NCBI GenBank assembly: GCA_007125875.1
Contig: SLCI01000094.1
Span: 1-58,780 of the forward strand
Length of the DNA: 58,780 bases
Origin: Kiritimatiellia bacterium
Lineage (GTDB): Bacteria > Verrucomicrobiota > Kiritimatiellia > SLAD01
Direction of reading: 5' to 3'
In this document: positions 39,398 to 49,604 of the stretch, piece by piece
Layout of the letters: every line of letters starts with the position of its first letter
Numbering within the stretch: the first letter of the stretch is position 1
Notes under the pieces: generated by a model
What the model saw: the letters and a program-made list of their open reading frames with translations, nothing else
The model's database searches: none
What the model was told of the DNA's origin: nothing
Translations under genes and position numbers: made by a program

Positions 39398-39946
39398 ATG
39401 AGTGACGCTTCAACCCAATCCGGAATTTATGGTATCGCGGCAGAATATGCTGATGATGCATCGCTACTCGAGGCTGCACGACAGGCGCGCGCTGAGGGGT
39501 ATACTGCGATGGAGGCCTATTCTCCGATCCCGGTTCATGGGCTTTATGAGGTCATGGGCGGAAAGCGAACGATTCTTCCGTTGATCACGTTGACTGGTGG
39601 AATTTTGGGACTTTTGGCCGGCTATTGGCTGCAAATCTGGGTGTCAGCGATTGAGTACCCCATCAATGTCGGAGGCCGTCCCTATATCACATGGGGCGCA
39701 TTCTTCCCGATTGGGTTTGCCTGCACGATTCTTGGCGCGGGCGTGAGCACCTTTGTCGCGATGTTTGCGATGAACAACTTTCCAGAGCCGTATCATCCAA
39801 TTTTCAATACGCCAAACTTTGAAGAGGCGACCAAGGATCGATATTTCCTCTGTATTGAAGCGACCGATCCCAAATTTGACCGCAATGCGGTGCGTGAATT
39901 TCTTTCCGGAACCCAAGCCGCCGCGGTGTCGGAGGTGGACCTATAA
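39398..39946 (+). CDS. actD: Alternative complex III subunit ActD (DUF3341-like)
   Basis: The ORF is 182 aa. The N-terminal soluble segment IYGIAAEYADDASLLEAARQAR.EGY precedes two TMs, the typical ActD layout and position. Confidence 0.8.
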   Translation: MSDASTQSGIYGIAAEYADDASLLEAARQARAEGYTAMEAYSPIPVHGLYEVMGGKRTILPLITLTGGILGLLAGYWLQIWVSAIEYPINVGGRPYITWGAFFPIGFACTILGAGVSTFVAMFAMNNFPEPYHPIFNTPNFEEATKDRYFLCIEATDPKFDRNAVREFLSGTQAAAVSEVDL

Positions 39947-40569
39947 TGGGTAAATGCACAAAAAAATGGCCCCAGTGGTGCATCAGGATGGGCGTGCTCA
40001 GCCTGGTCCTCTCAATGACGTTGTTGGGCTCTGGCTGCGAGCTGCGTAAGAAGATGTACGATCAGCCACGCTATAAGACCTACGCTCAAAGTGATTTCTT
40101 TGAGGACGGGGCCTCTGCGCGACCTTTAGTCGAAGGCACCGTGCCGCGAGGCTTTCTGCGTGAAGATGGCCATTTTTATCGTGGCATGGTGGAAGGAAAT
40201 TTTGCGACCGATTTCCCTGATCGTGTCGAAATCACAGAAGAGCTGCTTTGGAGAGGTAAGGAGCGATACGATATTTTCTGCTCTGTTTGTCATGATCCGG
40301 CTGGATACGGTAATGGCATGGTTGTGCAGCGCGGATTTAAAGCGCCTGAATCATTCCATACCGAACGTTTACGCGGTATGCCGGATGGCTACTATTACGA
40401 GGTCATTACCAGTGGCTATGGTATGATGGCTGGCTACGCCGCGCAAATCCCCCCCGAGGATCGGTGGGCGATCATTGCTTATGTTCGCGCCCTGCAATTA
40501 AGTCAGTTTGCGACTTGGGATGATGTGCCCGAAGCCGTCCGCGAAGACTTGGAGGCAGGAGTCCTATGA
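39946..40569 (+). CDS. actE: Alternative complex III subunit ActE (monohaem cytochrome c lipoprotein)
   Basis: It has lipobox LLGSGC and a single CSVCH haem motif with a later Met ligand region. The start may instead be at MGVLSL (39988). Confidence 0.8.
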   Translation: MGKCTKKWPQWCIRMGVLSLVLSMTLLGSGCELRKKMYDQPRYKTYAQSDFFEDGASARPLVEGTVPRGFLREDGHFYRGMVEGNFATDFPDRVEITEELLWRGKERYDIFCSVCHDPAGYGNGMVVQRGFKAPESFHTERLRGMPDGYYYEVITSGYGMMAGYAAQIPPEDRWAIIAYVRALQLSQFATWDDVPEAVREDLEAGVL

Positions 40570-41750
40570 GTGATTCTACTGTCATCCCGGCGATTACGGA
40601 AGCAGGGCGTCGCAGCCTCAAAGTAGGTATTGGATTCGGCGTGCTAGCGGTGATTGGCGCCGTGTTGAATCCTGCGGCGTTTTATCAGGCCTACCTGATC
40701 GGCTATCTTTTTTGGCTAGCGATCGCGCTGGGTAGCTTGATCACGCTGATGATTCATCATGTTACGGGGGGCGCTTGGCTATGCGTGATCCGTCGCCCCA
40801 TGGAGGCGGCGATCCGAACCTTACCGCTACTTGCGCTGCTCTTTATTCCAATCTTACTCGGCATGTCATACCTGTATCCCTGGTCGGTTGCCGAAGTGGT
40901 TGCGGAAGACTATTACCTGCAATTCAAAGCGCCGTATTTGAATACGACGTTCTTTGTCATTCGGGCGGTAATTTATTTCGCGGTATGGTGCACCTTAGGT
41001 CATTTCCTCGTGAAATGGTCGCAGGAGCAAGATCGTACCGGTGATCCCATGCTGAATAAGTCGATGCGTGTATTGAGCGGTGGCGGGATTGTGGCCTATG
41101 TGCTCACGACGACATTCGCTTCATTCGATTGGATGATGTCGGTTGATCCGCATTGGTTTTCGTCGATCTACGGCCCAATCTTCATGGTCAGCCAAGGGTT
41201 GGGTACACTTTGCTTCTTGTTAATTGTTGTGGTGCTGCTGGCCCGATTCGAGCCTCTGTCCAAAGTCGTCACGCAAGATCGTTATCATGATCTGGGCAAA
41301 TGGTTGTTCGCATTAGTGATGTTGTGGGCGTACATGATGTTTTCCCAATTCTTGATTATCTGGTCGGGTAATCTGCCGGAACACATTGCTTGGTACCTGC
41401 GGCGAACAGATACCGACTGGAAAGTGCTAGCCCTCATATTGACGATTTTCCATTTCTTTGTGCCGTTTATTGTTCTGCTTTCTCGCTTGGCGAAAAAGCG
41501 GGCTGGAATCCTGGTCAAACTGGCAATTGGCCTCTTGGTGCTGCGCCTGTTCGATCTCTTCTGGTTACTTGCTCCGGATCTGCATGATGGCGCATTTTTC
41601 GTCCATTGGCTTGATCTCGTCGTCCCCGTGGCCTTAGGGGGAGTGTGGCTGGCTCTTTATACAAAACGACTGGGTGAGCAATCCTTAGTTGTGCTGAATG
41701 ACCCTCGTTTCCCCGCCAAAGTCTTGCAGGGAGGAGGGGACCATGACTGA
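40566..41750 (+). CDS. actF: Alternative complex III subunit ActF (second NrfD-like membrane subunit)
   Basis: It is a 394-aa polytopic membrane protein. It overlaps the actE stop with ATGA. Confidence 0.8.
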   Translation: MSDSTVIPAITEAGRRSLKVGIGFGVLAVIGAVLNPAAFYQAYLIGYLFWLAIALGSLITLMIHHVTGGAWLCVIRRPMEAAIRTLPLLALLFIPILLGMSYLYPWSVAEVVAEDYYLQFKAPYLNTTFFVIRAVIYFAVWCTLGHFLVKWSQEQDRTGDPMLNKSMRVLSGGGIVAYVLTTTFASFDWMMSVDPHWFSSIYGPIFMVSQGLGTLCFLLIVVVLLARFEPLSKVVTQDRYHDLGKWLFALVMLWAYMMFSQFLIIWSGNLPEHIAWYLRRTDTDWKVLALILTIFHFFVPFIVLLSRLAKKRAGILVKLAIGLLVLRLFDLFWLLAPDLHDGAFFVHWLDLVVPVALGGVWLALYTKRLGEQSLVVLNDPRFPAKVLQGGGDHD

Positions 41751-42180
41751 AAAGCCGATGAACCCTAATCCGGACTATCAGGACAAAGATATCCGCGTTC
41801 GTCCGATCTTGATCTTTATGGTCGGATTGACCGTGTTGACTATCCTGCTACTCGGGTTTCTGGCGCTCTTTTTTAACGTAATGGAGCGACAGTCACGCGC
41901 CGCCGATGAACAAATGCCGCCAGAAGCGCGTGAACGTGTTCTGCCTCCGGAGCCCAGACTTTTAGTGGACGAACAAATGGGTTTGAAAGAGTACCTTGAA
42001 AATGCCCGTGAGATAACGGATTATTATGCGGTTCTTTCAGATGAGTATGTCCGGATTCCTGTGGAAGAAGCCATTTTACTGGTCGCCGAGCGAGGATTAC
42101 CGCGCTGGGCTCCGATTGTGGTCGAGTCGCCGTCACCTGACGATGCTTCGATAGCGCAAGACATTGAAGCGGTTGAGTAA
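41743..42180 (+). CDS. Small single-TM protein in the ActG position of the ACIII cluster
   Basis: The sequence begins MTEKPMNPNPDYQDKDIRVRPILIFMVGLTVLTILLLGFLALFF. ATG 41743 overlaps the actF stop (ATGA). The identity as ActG is positional only. Confidence 0.5.
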   Translation: MTEKPMNPNPDYQDKDIRVRPILIFMVGLTVLTILLLGFLALFFNVMERQSRAADEQMPPEARERVLPPEPRLLVDEQMGLKEYLENAREITDYYAVLSDEYVRIPVEEAILLVAERGLPRWAPIVVESPSPDDASIAQDIEAVE

Positions 42181-42266
42181 GCAGTTCTATTGTTGCGCTG
42201 CATTCTTTTTTCGGTCGAGTGCTTTTTGATCAGATGGGCAGTGCCTCGTGTATATCTGTGACTAAT

Positions 42267-43103
42267 ATGAGTAAACGAAATTACAGTCGATTTGCATACC
42301 TAATTGGTTGCGTGGCTTTCTGCTTCGCGCTTTTAGCTGATGCCCAAGTTCGGCCTGAAGATGAAGTATTAGAACGCGTGCGCTTTGAGCAGCATTTGGA
42401 TGCCGCCTTACCGCTTGATGCTGTATTCACTGATCATGATGGACAGCAAGTGGAGCTGGGACACTATTTCGGTGAACGGGCAGTCATCATTGTGCCGATC
42501 TATTACAACTGCCCCATGCTGTGCGGCTTGATCATTAATGGTCTGCTTGATTCACTCAAACAGGTAACCTTCAACCCGGGCGAGGACTTCGAAGTCGTCG
42601 TAGTGAGCTTTGACCCTACCGAGACGCCGGAATTGGCTGCCGCGAATCGAAACGCTTTCTTGGCGGAATATGATCGGCCCGGAACCGAGGATGGTATCCA
42701 TTTTTTAGTCGGCGAAGAACGTGAAGTTCGTCGGCTAACAGACACGATCGGCTTTCAGTATGAATGGGTCGATGAGCTGAATGATTACGCCCATGCCAGT
42801 GGTGTAGTGCTTTGTACCGCGGACGGCCGGACCTCTCGCTACTTTTTCGGGATCATGTATGCCCCACGCGATATGCGTTTGGGTCTAGTCGAGGCATCAG
42901 AAAACCAGATTGGTACGGCCGTGGATCGTATCATGTTGTTTTGCTACATGTATGACCCGGCCAGTGGGACCTATGGGCTACTCATCCATCGCGTAGTCAA
43001 TACTGCTGCGGCGACTACTGCGCTTGTATTGGGCTCGTTCCTTTTTGTTATGTTGCGCGCTGAGAAGCGACAAATCTCATCAAATAGCGGACATTCTTCA
43101 TGA
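42267..43103 (+). CDS. SCO1/SenC-family copper chaperone with N- and C-terminal TM segments
   Basis: A thioredoxin-fold CxxxC motif lies in IVPIYYNCPMLCGLII, and a later His region follows. The start is uncertain (GTG 42219, ATG 42234 or ATG 42267). The stop overlaps the ctaC start. Confidence 0.8.
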   Translation: MSKRNYSRFAYLIGCVAFCFALLADAQVRPEDEVLERVRFEQHLDAALPLDAVFTDHDGQQVELGHYFGERAVIIVPIYYNCPMLCGLIINGLLDSLKQVTFNPGEDFEVVVVSFDPTETPELAAANRNAFLAEYDRPGTEDGIHFLVGEEREVRRLTDTIGFQYEWVDELNDYAHASGVVLCTADGRTSRYFFGIMYAPRDMRLGLVEASENQIGTAVDRIMLFCYMYDPASGTYGLLIHRVVNTAAATTALVLGSFLFVMLRAEKRQISSNSGHSS

Positions 43104-44044
43104 TGAATCTTTTGGCCAGTTTTATTCCTGCTCAGGCATCTCACTTTGCTGCAGATATCGATCGGTTGTATTTCTTCCTGATCGGGGTCTCGATGTTTTT
43201 CACGATATTGATCGGGATGCTGGTCATCTATTTTGTGATACGTTTCCGGCGTCGCTCGGATGATGAGCGTCCGGCACCCACGAAAGATATCGTTGCGCTT
43301 GAGATTGGTTGGACGATTATCCCCTTGGTCCTCGTCATCATCATGTTCGTTTGGGGCGCCGCACTATTTTACAAGCAATGGCGACCGCCTGCTGATGCGA
43401 TGGAAATCCTTGTGACAGGCAAAAAATGGATGTGGAAGATGCAGCATCCGTCCGGTCGCTCGGAAATTAATGACCTCACCGTTCCCGTTGGACGGCCTAT
43501 CCGGCTGACCATGACGTCCGAGGATGTCATTCACAGCTTCTTCGTCCCTGCGTTTCGAACCAAAGCGGACGTTGTCCCCGGCCGCTACACCAGTTCCTGG
43601 TTTTTGCCGACGGAGAAGGGGAGCTTCCATCTATTTTGCGCTGAATATTGCGGAGCCGAGCATTCCTTAATGAAAGGATGGGTACATGTCGTCTCCGAGG
43701 AAGAGTACGAGGCTTGGGCGCGCGGTGACGATACGGATGTAGCGATGCTGACCCCAGTTGAAGCCGGTCAGCGATTATTTAATGAGTTGGGCTGCGTGGT
43801 TTGCCATAATCCCGCATCGGGTGCAATGGGTCCCCATCTCGCTGGGCTCTTCGGCAGCGAAGTTCGTCTGAACACGGGCCGATCGGTAATTGCGGATGAG
43901 GAGTACATCCGCGAGTCGATTCTGGAACCGATGGCGAAGATTACGGAGGGTTACCAACCCATTATGCCAACCTATAAAGGGCAAGTCTCAGAGACACAGG
44001 TCATGCATTTGATCGCTTATATCCGCTCTCTATCCGAAGAATAA
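43100..44044 (+). CDS. ctaC: Cytochrome c oxidase subunit II with fused C-terminal cytochrome c (caa3 type)
   Basis: Two N-terminal TMs are followed by the CuA motif [12 protein letters not shown] and a C-terminal CVVCH haem c motif. Confidence 0.93.
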   Translation: MMNLLASFIPAQASHFAADIDRLYFFLIGVSMFFTILIGMLVIYFVIRFRRRSDDERPAPTKDIVALEIGWTIIPLVLVIIMFVWGAALFYKQWRPPADAMEILVTGKKWMWKMQHPSGRSEINDLTVPVGRPIRLTMTSEDVIHSFFVPAFRTKADVVPGRYTSSWFLPTEKGSFHLFCAEYCGAEHSLMKGWVHVVSEEEYEAWARGDDTDVAMLTPVEAGQRLFNELGCVVCHNPASGAMGPHLAGLFGSEVRLNTGRSVIADEEYIRESILEPMAKITEGYQPIMPTYKGQVSETQVMHLIAYIRSLSEE

Positions 44045-44057
44045 AGGTACTGAACAG

Positions 44058-45698
44058 ATGAACGACACGTCACCGCCAAAGCGCACACATTACCTGAACG
44101 CTCAACATACTGTTGGGTCCTGGCTCTTTACGTTGGATCACAAACGTATTGGCCTCTTGTATTTGGCGACCATCCTGCTTTTCTTCCTACTCGGCGGTAT
44201 TGCGGCCATGCTGTTCCGGGTTGAGTTGATGACGCCTGATCCCACCTATATGGAGAGCGAGACATACAATCGACTCTTCACGATGCATGGCATCACAATG
44301 ATTTTCTTCTTCCTGATTCCATCTATCCCCGCCGTATTGGGTAACTTTCTGTTACCGCTTATGCTGGGCACGAAAGACTTAGCGTTTCCTCGTCTAAACT
44401 TGGCGAGTTGGTATGTCTTTACATTTGGCGGTCTATTAGGGCTCGGTTCGATCATTTTTGGAGGTGTAGACACTGGGTGGACATTCTACACGCCCTACAG
44501 CAGCACCTACGCGAATTCCAATGTCATATTGGCCGCGCTAGGCATTTTTATTGCCGGCTTTGGCTCCATCATGACCGGTATTAATTTCATCGTCACAATC
44601 CACAAAATGCGTGCGCCTGGGCTGACCTGGTTTCGCCTTCCGCTCTTTATTTGGGCGCATTATGCCACCTCCATCATCATTGTGCTGGGAACACCGGTTA
44701 TCGCCATTACAATTCTGCTCGTAGCGATTGAGCGCTTGTTCCAGATCGGCATCTTTGATCCGGCTTTGGGTGGTGATCCGGTTTTGTTCCAGCATCTCTT
44801 CTGGTTCTATTCGCACCCGGCTGTGTACATCATGATCTTGCCGGGCATGGGTGTGATCAGTGAAATCATTGCCTGCTTTTCGCGGAAGCGCATCTTTGGA
44901 TATAAAGTTGTGGCCTTATCCAGTCTGGCGATTGCCATCCTGGGCTTCTTTGTCTGGGGACATCACATGTTTGTCAGTAGCCAGTCGATGTATGCCGGCA
45001 TGATTTTCTCGATCTTGTCCTTCTTAGTCGCGATTCCCTCAGCCATCAAAGTGTTTAACTGGACGGCGACCCTATACGGTGGAGCGATCAAATTGGATAC
45101 GCCGATGCTGTATGCCTTGGGGTTCATTGGTCTATTTACGGTTGGTGGACTGACTGGACTCTTTCTGGCATCCATGGCTATCAACGTGCATGTGCACGAC
45201 ACTTACTTTGTCGTCGCACACTTTCACTACGTGATGGTAGGCGGAATGGTGATGGCTTTCTTCGGAGGCCTGCATTTCTGGTGGCCTAAGATGACGGGGC
45301 GTCATTTCTCCGAGTTGTTCGGCCGAATTGGTGCCGTGACGATTTTTATCGGCTTCAATTTGACCTTCTTCCCGCAATTCATCGTCGGTTATTTGGGTAT
45401 GCCGCGTCGCTACCATGTCTACCCCGAGGAATTTCAATTCTTGCAGGTGATGTCAACCGGTGGATCGGCTGTATTGGCACTTGGTTACCTTGTGATGGCT
45501 GGCTACCTGTTACACTCGCTGGTATTGGGAAAGAAAGCATCTTCGAATCCTTGGCGTGCCGTTGGACTGGAGTGGACCACTCCTTCACCGCCGCCGACCG
45601 AAAACTTCACCACTGAACCCTACGTCGACTATGAGGCGTACGATTATACCCGTGAAGAGGTTTACAGGGATGACGCTGACGAGGTGAAGGGGGCATAA
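44058..45698 (+). CDS. ctaD: Cytochrome c oxidase subunit I
   Basis: The ORF is 546 aa. The motifs [20 protein letters not shown] and HFHYVM are haem-copper oxidase A-family signatures. Confidence 0.97.
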   Translation: MNDTSPPKRTHYLNAQHTVGSWLFTLDHKRIGLLYLATILLFFLLGGIAAMLFRVELMTPDPTYMESETYNRLFTMHGITMIFFFLIPSIPAVLGNFLLPLMLGTKDLAFPRLNLASWYVFTFGGLLGLGSIIFGGVDTGWTFYTPYSSTYANSNVILAALGIFIAGFGSIMTGINFIVTIHKMRAPGLTWFRLPLFIWAHYATSIIIVLGTPVIAITILLVAIERLFQIGIFDPALGGDPVLFQHLFWFYSHPAVYIMILPGMGVISEIIACFSRKRIFGYKVVALSSLAIAILGFFVWGHHMFVSSQSMYAGMIFSILSFLVAIPSAIKVFNWTATLYGGAIKLDTPMLYALGFIGLFTVGGLTGLFLASMAINVHVHDTYFVVAHFHYVMVGGMVMAFFGGLHFWWPKMTGRHFSELFGRIGAVTIFIGFNLTFFPQFIVGYLGMPRRYHVYPEEFQFLQVMSTGGSAVLALGYLVMAGYLLHSLVLGKKASSNPWRAVGLEWTTPSPPPTENFTTEPYVDYEAYDYTREEVYRDDADEVKGA

Positions 45699-45700
45699 TT

Positions 45701-46399
45701 ATGGCAGCTGATCAGCACTCACCGCATCTGGCTCATCACTTCGATAGCATGGAGCAGCAGCAGGAATCTTCCTCGCTGGGGATGTGGCTTTTTCTTGCAC
45801 AGGAAGTCATGTTCTTTGGCGGCCTTTTTGTCGCCTATGCCGTCTACCGATTCAAATATCCTGAGGCTTTCGCGGTCGCCAGCAGCCATTTAAGTTTAGG
45901 GTGGGGCGCCTTCAACACCGTCGTGCTGATTTGCAGCAGTCTCACCATGGCGCTGGCCGTACGCGCCGGGCAACTTGGTGACAAACGAGGGATCATCCGT
46001 TATCTGCTGGCCACGATATTCCTCGCCAGCGTCTTCCTGGGTGTAAAAGGTGTGGAGTACACTGAAAAGTATAATGATGGGCTTATGCCTGGGCCCGCTT
46101 TCGAATATACGCCTGATTTCGATCGCTATACCGTTCCGGTCACCGCAGAAACTGCGCCACCAAATTTTGTGGGCAATGTTCAACTTTTCTTCTCGTTCTA
46201 TTTCGTGATGACCGGTTTACATGCGCTTCATATGGTGATCGGGATCGGGCTAATGATCTGGTTGATCGTAAAAGCGCTGCGAGATCGATTTTCGAAAGAA
46301 TACTTTACGCCAATTGAAATGACCGGTCTGTATTGGCATTTTGTTGATATTGTCTGGATCTTTCTCTTCCCCTTAGTCTATTTAGTTTGGAGGCATTGA
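45701..46399 (+). CDS. ctaE: Cytochrome c oxidase subunit III
   Basis: HHFDSMEQQ....LGMWLFL..EVMFFG and YWHFVDIVWIFLF motifs are present. Confidence 0.93.
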   Translation: MAADQHSPHLAHHFDSMEQQQESSSLGMWLFLAQEVMFFGGLFVAYAVYRFKYPEAFAVASSHLSLGWGAFNTVVLICSSLTMALAVRAGQLGDKRGIIRYLLATIFLASVFLGVKGVEYTEKYNDGLMPGPAFEYTPDFDRYTVPVTAETAPPNFVGNVQLFFSFYFVMTGLHALHMVIGIGLMIWLIVKALRDRFSKEYFTPIEMTGLYWHFVDIVWIFLFPLVYLVWRH

Positions 46400-46707
46400 T
46401 GAGTTCCTCGACACACATTTCGTCGCTGAAGTCCTACCTCAATGTGTTTTGGACGCTCATGGCGTTGACTTTGCTAACCGTGGTCGTGGCATTTTTTGAT
46501 CTCGGCCCCTTTAATATCATCGTCGCCGTGAGTATTGCTTCCGTCAAAGCCTACGTAGTTATTCTGTATTTTATGCACGTCAAATACAGCAATCACATCA
46601 TCTGGTTGACTGTCGCAGCGGGTTTTATCTGGTTTGTACTGATGCTCGGATTAACCATTGCAGACTATGCGACACGTGAGTGGATACCGTATCCTGAAGC
46701 TTGGTAA
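46399..46707 (+). CDS. ctaF: Cytochrome c oxidase subunit IV (small caa3-type subunit)
   Basis: It has 3 TMs and the segment SIASVKAYVVILYFMHVKY, typical of the CoxIV/CyoD-like family. The ATG overlaps the ctaE stop (TGATG); the ORF-track start is 46387. Confidence 0.8.
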   Translation: MSSSTHISSLKSYLNVFWTLMALTLLTVVVAFFDLGPFNIIVAVSIASVKAYVVILYFMHVKYSNHIIWLTVAAGFIWFVLMLGLTIADYATREWIPYPEAW

Positions 46708-46762
46708 ATTGCGGCGTTCATGTGGCTACAATCAGAATTGTTTCCGCGCCTCAAAATAACAG

Positions 46763-47629
46763 ATGAAAACCCTTCGCCCATATTTAGAAATGTCGAAATT
46801 GCGCATCGTCAACATGGTGTTGGTGACGACGGCGATTGGATATTTTCTCGGCACATATCATGGGGCAGGGGGGGTATCCTGGTTTCTACTGATTGTGACC
46901 TTGCTGGGAACCGGCATTGCCGCTGCCGGGGCGGCTTGTCTGAATAACTATCTCGAACGTGACCTGGACGGCATGATGTCCAGAACGCGGGGTCGTGTTC
47001 TGCCAGCTGGTTCAATTACACCTTTGGCGGCCCTTATGTATGGGATTTGCATGACCTTAGGTGGCGTCACACTCTTGGCGATTGCCGTGAATTTACTGGC
47101 CGGCTTCATTGTGCTCTTAACCGCATTCCTGTATGTTTTGGTCTATACACCAATGAAACGGTGGACATGGCTGAACACGTCAGTGGGAGCCATACCAGGC
47201 GCTTTGCCTCCAGTGACAGGTTGGGCCGCAGCCACCGGCACCCTTGATTGGGGGGCGTGGGCGCTCTTCGGAATACTGTTTGTTTGGCAACATCCACATT
47301 TCTATGCCATTGCGTGGATGTGTAAGGACGACTACCGTGAAGCAGGATTCAAGATGCTTTCCGTCGTGGATCCCTCCGGCGCACGAATGTTTCGTCATAT
47401 CATCATCCATTCGATCCTCTTGCTCTTTGTGGCGAGTTTACCAACGCTGTTTGGCATCACAGGGTGGCTCTATTTAGTGGGATCCGTGATTTTGGGTGGC
47501 CTAATGCTTCAAGTAGGACTTCGCTTGCAAAAATCGCACTCATTGCAAGATGCCCGCAATCTATTGAAGGCCTCTGTCTACTATCTACCCGGCATTCTGG
47601 TGCTGATCGGCGTAGACCTTTTCATCTGA
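46763..47629 (+). CDS. ctaB: Protohaem IX farnesyltransferase (haem O synthase)
   Basis: It is a UbiA-family membrane protein with LNNYLERDLDGMMSRTRGR.LP and YTP.KR motifs. It lies immediately after the oxidase genes. Confidence 0.92.
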   Translation: MKTLRPYLEMSKLRIVNMVLVTTAIGYFLGTYHGAGGVSWFLLIVTLLGTGIAAAGAACLNNYLERDLDGMMSRTRGRVLPAGSITPLAALMYGICMTLGGVTLLAIAVNLLAGFIVLLTAFLYVLVYTPMKRWTWLNTSVGAIPGALPPVTGWAAATGTLDWGAWALFGILFVWQHPHFYAIAWMCKDDYREAGFKMLSVVDPSGARMFRHIIIHSILLLFVASLPTLFGITGWLYLVGSVILGGLMLQVGLRLQKSHSLQDARNLLKASVYYLPGILVLIGVDLFI

Positions 47630-48092
47630 GACCGTCCCGCTGAAACCATCGGTTGAGCGAATCTATTCGAAAAAGCATTAGAGCCCTATGACCTGGATGG
47701 TATATATAAAGTAACTGATTATACCCAGTGGCTATAGCGTTTCGGCTCATTCTCAGGGCAACACAGAGGTTGCCCCTCCGGTACACGCTAAGCAGAACCA
47801 GTTACTGCAGAAGCATCCTGGAGGGACGACCTCCGTGTCGTCCTCTTATTGCGGCGAACCCATCTCTTTTCATGCCAAAGTTTTCGGAATGCTTCGGCAG
47901 TAACTGCCGCTAATTTAGTGTGTACTGTCGTTAAGATGAGGAAAGCAACAATCCGAAGGCTTAATTGTCTGTGCCTCAATTATGATATCGGGCCCATATT
48001 AATGTCGCATAATATATATTATGTAAACTATTATACCTAGATCTAGTGTGCCTGTTAATAAAGTGAATCAAAATGGCCGACTTCCTATACGT

Positions 48093-49550
48093 CTAGGATT
48101 GCGCGAGTGTGGTTTCGTACAACTTGATGTAGCGCTCTGCTGAACGATCCCATGAGAAATCTTCGGCCATGATTCTCCTGCGCGCAGGATACCAAATATC
48201 CGTGTCGCGATACCTGGCAATCGCCTCACGAAGCGAGCTCAATAATGCGGCGCCAGTATATTCGGTGAACTTGAAGCCGTTGCCGGTATTATTGCTTGGA
48301 TCCAGATTGGTAATGGTATCGTCCAATCCGCCGGTCGCATGGACGATTGGTAGTGTTCCATAGCGGAGGCTGTACATCTGATTTAGCCCACAGGGCTCAA
48401 ACTTTGATGGCATCATGAAAATATCTGATCCGGCCTCAATTTGGTGTGCCAGTGCGTTGTTGTAGCCAATTTGGACCGCAAATCGTTCAGGCCACTTTTT
48501 AGCCCAGCTCAGACATAGTTCCTGATACATTTCCAGGCCAGATCCGAGCATTACGAAATAGATATCCTCTTGCATGATGGCTTCCATGGTATTCGCCAAA
48601 AGGTCCATACCTTTCTGGTCAACTAACCGCGAAACCATCCCAATCACTGGACGTTTTTCCCAACCCTTCTTCAGGCGAAGCTTCGTGCCCTCCAGCAGGG
48701 CTCGCTTACAGGTCAGTTTGCCATCCATATTGTCCGCAGAATAGGACGCTGCAATCAGGATATCCGCGCGCGGGTCCCACTCGCCATAATCGACACCATT
48801 AAGGATACCGGTCAGCTTATGCTGGGATTCGGCCAGCACACCCTCGAGTCCTGAGCCAAATTCTGGCGTGAGGATTTCTTTTGCGTAGCGCTCGCTCACG
48901 GTGGTGACTTGATGGCACCGCTTAATGGCACCTTTGAGACAATTGATATTGCCGTAGAATTCAAGCTCCTCGAGTGAAAAACAGGAATACGGCAGGCTGC
49001 TATAGGGGAAAACACTGCTTGGGAAGACCCCTTGATAAGCCAGATTATGAATGGTAAACACCGTCCGCTCATGCATTTCGCGTCCAATGCCCTGCGTACC
49101 ATATTCTAAAAAGTAAGGCATGAGCGCGGTTTGCCAGTCATTTGTATGCACGATATCGGCCTGCACATGCAGTGTATCCAACAGCCCGACAACCGCTTTC
49201 TGAAAGAATACAAATCGCTCAAAGTTGTCGTCGTAATCACGCTCAGGCAGGCTGTACAGTTCACGACGGTCAAAGAATTCGTCCTTGCGCACGAAGTACG
49301 TTGCAGGCCCGGGCTCATCAGCGCGCCAAATCTCTGCTTCCAGAGTCCTTAAACCAACGGGCACTTGAATCCGTATATGGGTGTCAGAGCACTGCAGATT
49401 CCCTTCCAGCACACGCCGATACATGGGCATGACGCGCATGACATCTACCCCCTGCCCCATCAACGCGAAGGGCAAGGCACCGCCAACATCACCTAGACCG
49501 CCGGTCGAGGCAAAGGGGCGCATCTCACTGGAAACGAATACAACTTTCAT
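48093..49550 (-). CDS. glgA: Glycogen synthase (ADP-glucose type, GT5)
   Basis: The N-terminus is MKVVFVSSEMRPFASTGGLGDVGGALP. NDWQTAL, PSKFEPCGL.QMY and GGLDDT motifs are also present. Confidence 0.95.
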   Translation of the reverse strand: MKVVFVSSEMRPFASTGGLGDVGGALPFALMGQGVDVMRVMPMYRRVLEGNLQCSDTHIRIQVPVGLRTLEAEIWRADEPGPATYFVRKDEFFDRRELYSLPERDYDDNFERFVFFQKAVVGLLDTLHVQADIVHTNDWQTALMPYFLEYGTQGIGREMHERTVFTIHNLAYQGVFPSSVFPYSSLPYSCFSLEELEFYGNINCLKGAIKRCHQVTTVSERYAKEILTPEFGSGLEGVLAESQHKLTGILNGVDYGEWDPRADILIAASYSADNMDGKLTCKRALLEGTKLRLKKGWEKRPVIGMVSRLVDQKGMDLLANTMEAIMQEDIYFVMLGSGLEMYQELCLSWAKKWPERFAVQIGYNNALAHQIEAGSDIFMMPSKFEPCGLNQMYSLRYGTLPIVHATGGLDDTITNLDPSNNTGNGFKFTEYTGAALLSSLREAIARYRDTDIWYPARRRIMAEDFSWDRSAERYIKLYETTLAQS

Positions 49551-49604
49551 GATTCAACACATACGCTAGCCAATACACGCCAGCCGCGATATAGTCGCGA
49601 CGTC

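Noticed and set aside
45542-45550. A TTCGAATCC T-loop-like string that might mark a tRNA.
   Set aside because: It lies within the ctaD coding sequence, and no acceptor or anticodon stems can be built. I found no tRNA-like cloverleaf anywhere in the window.
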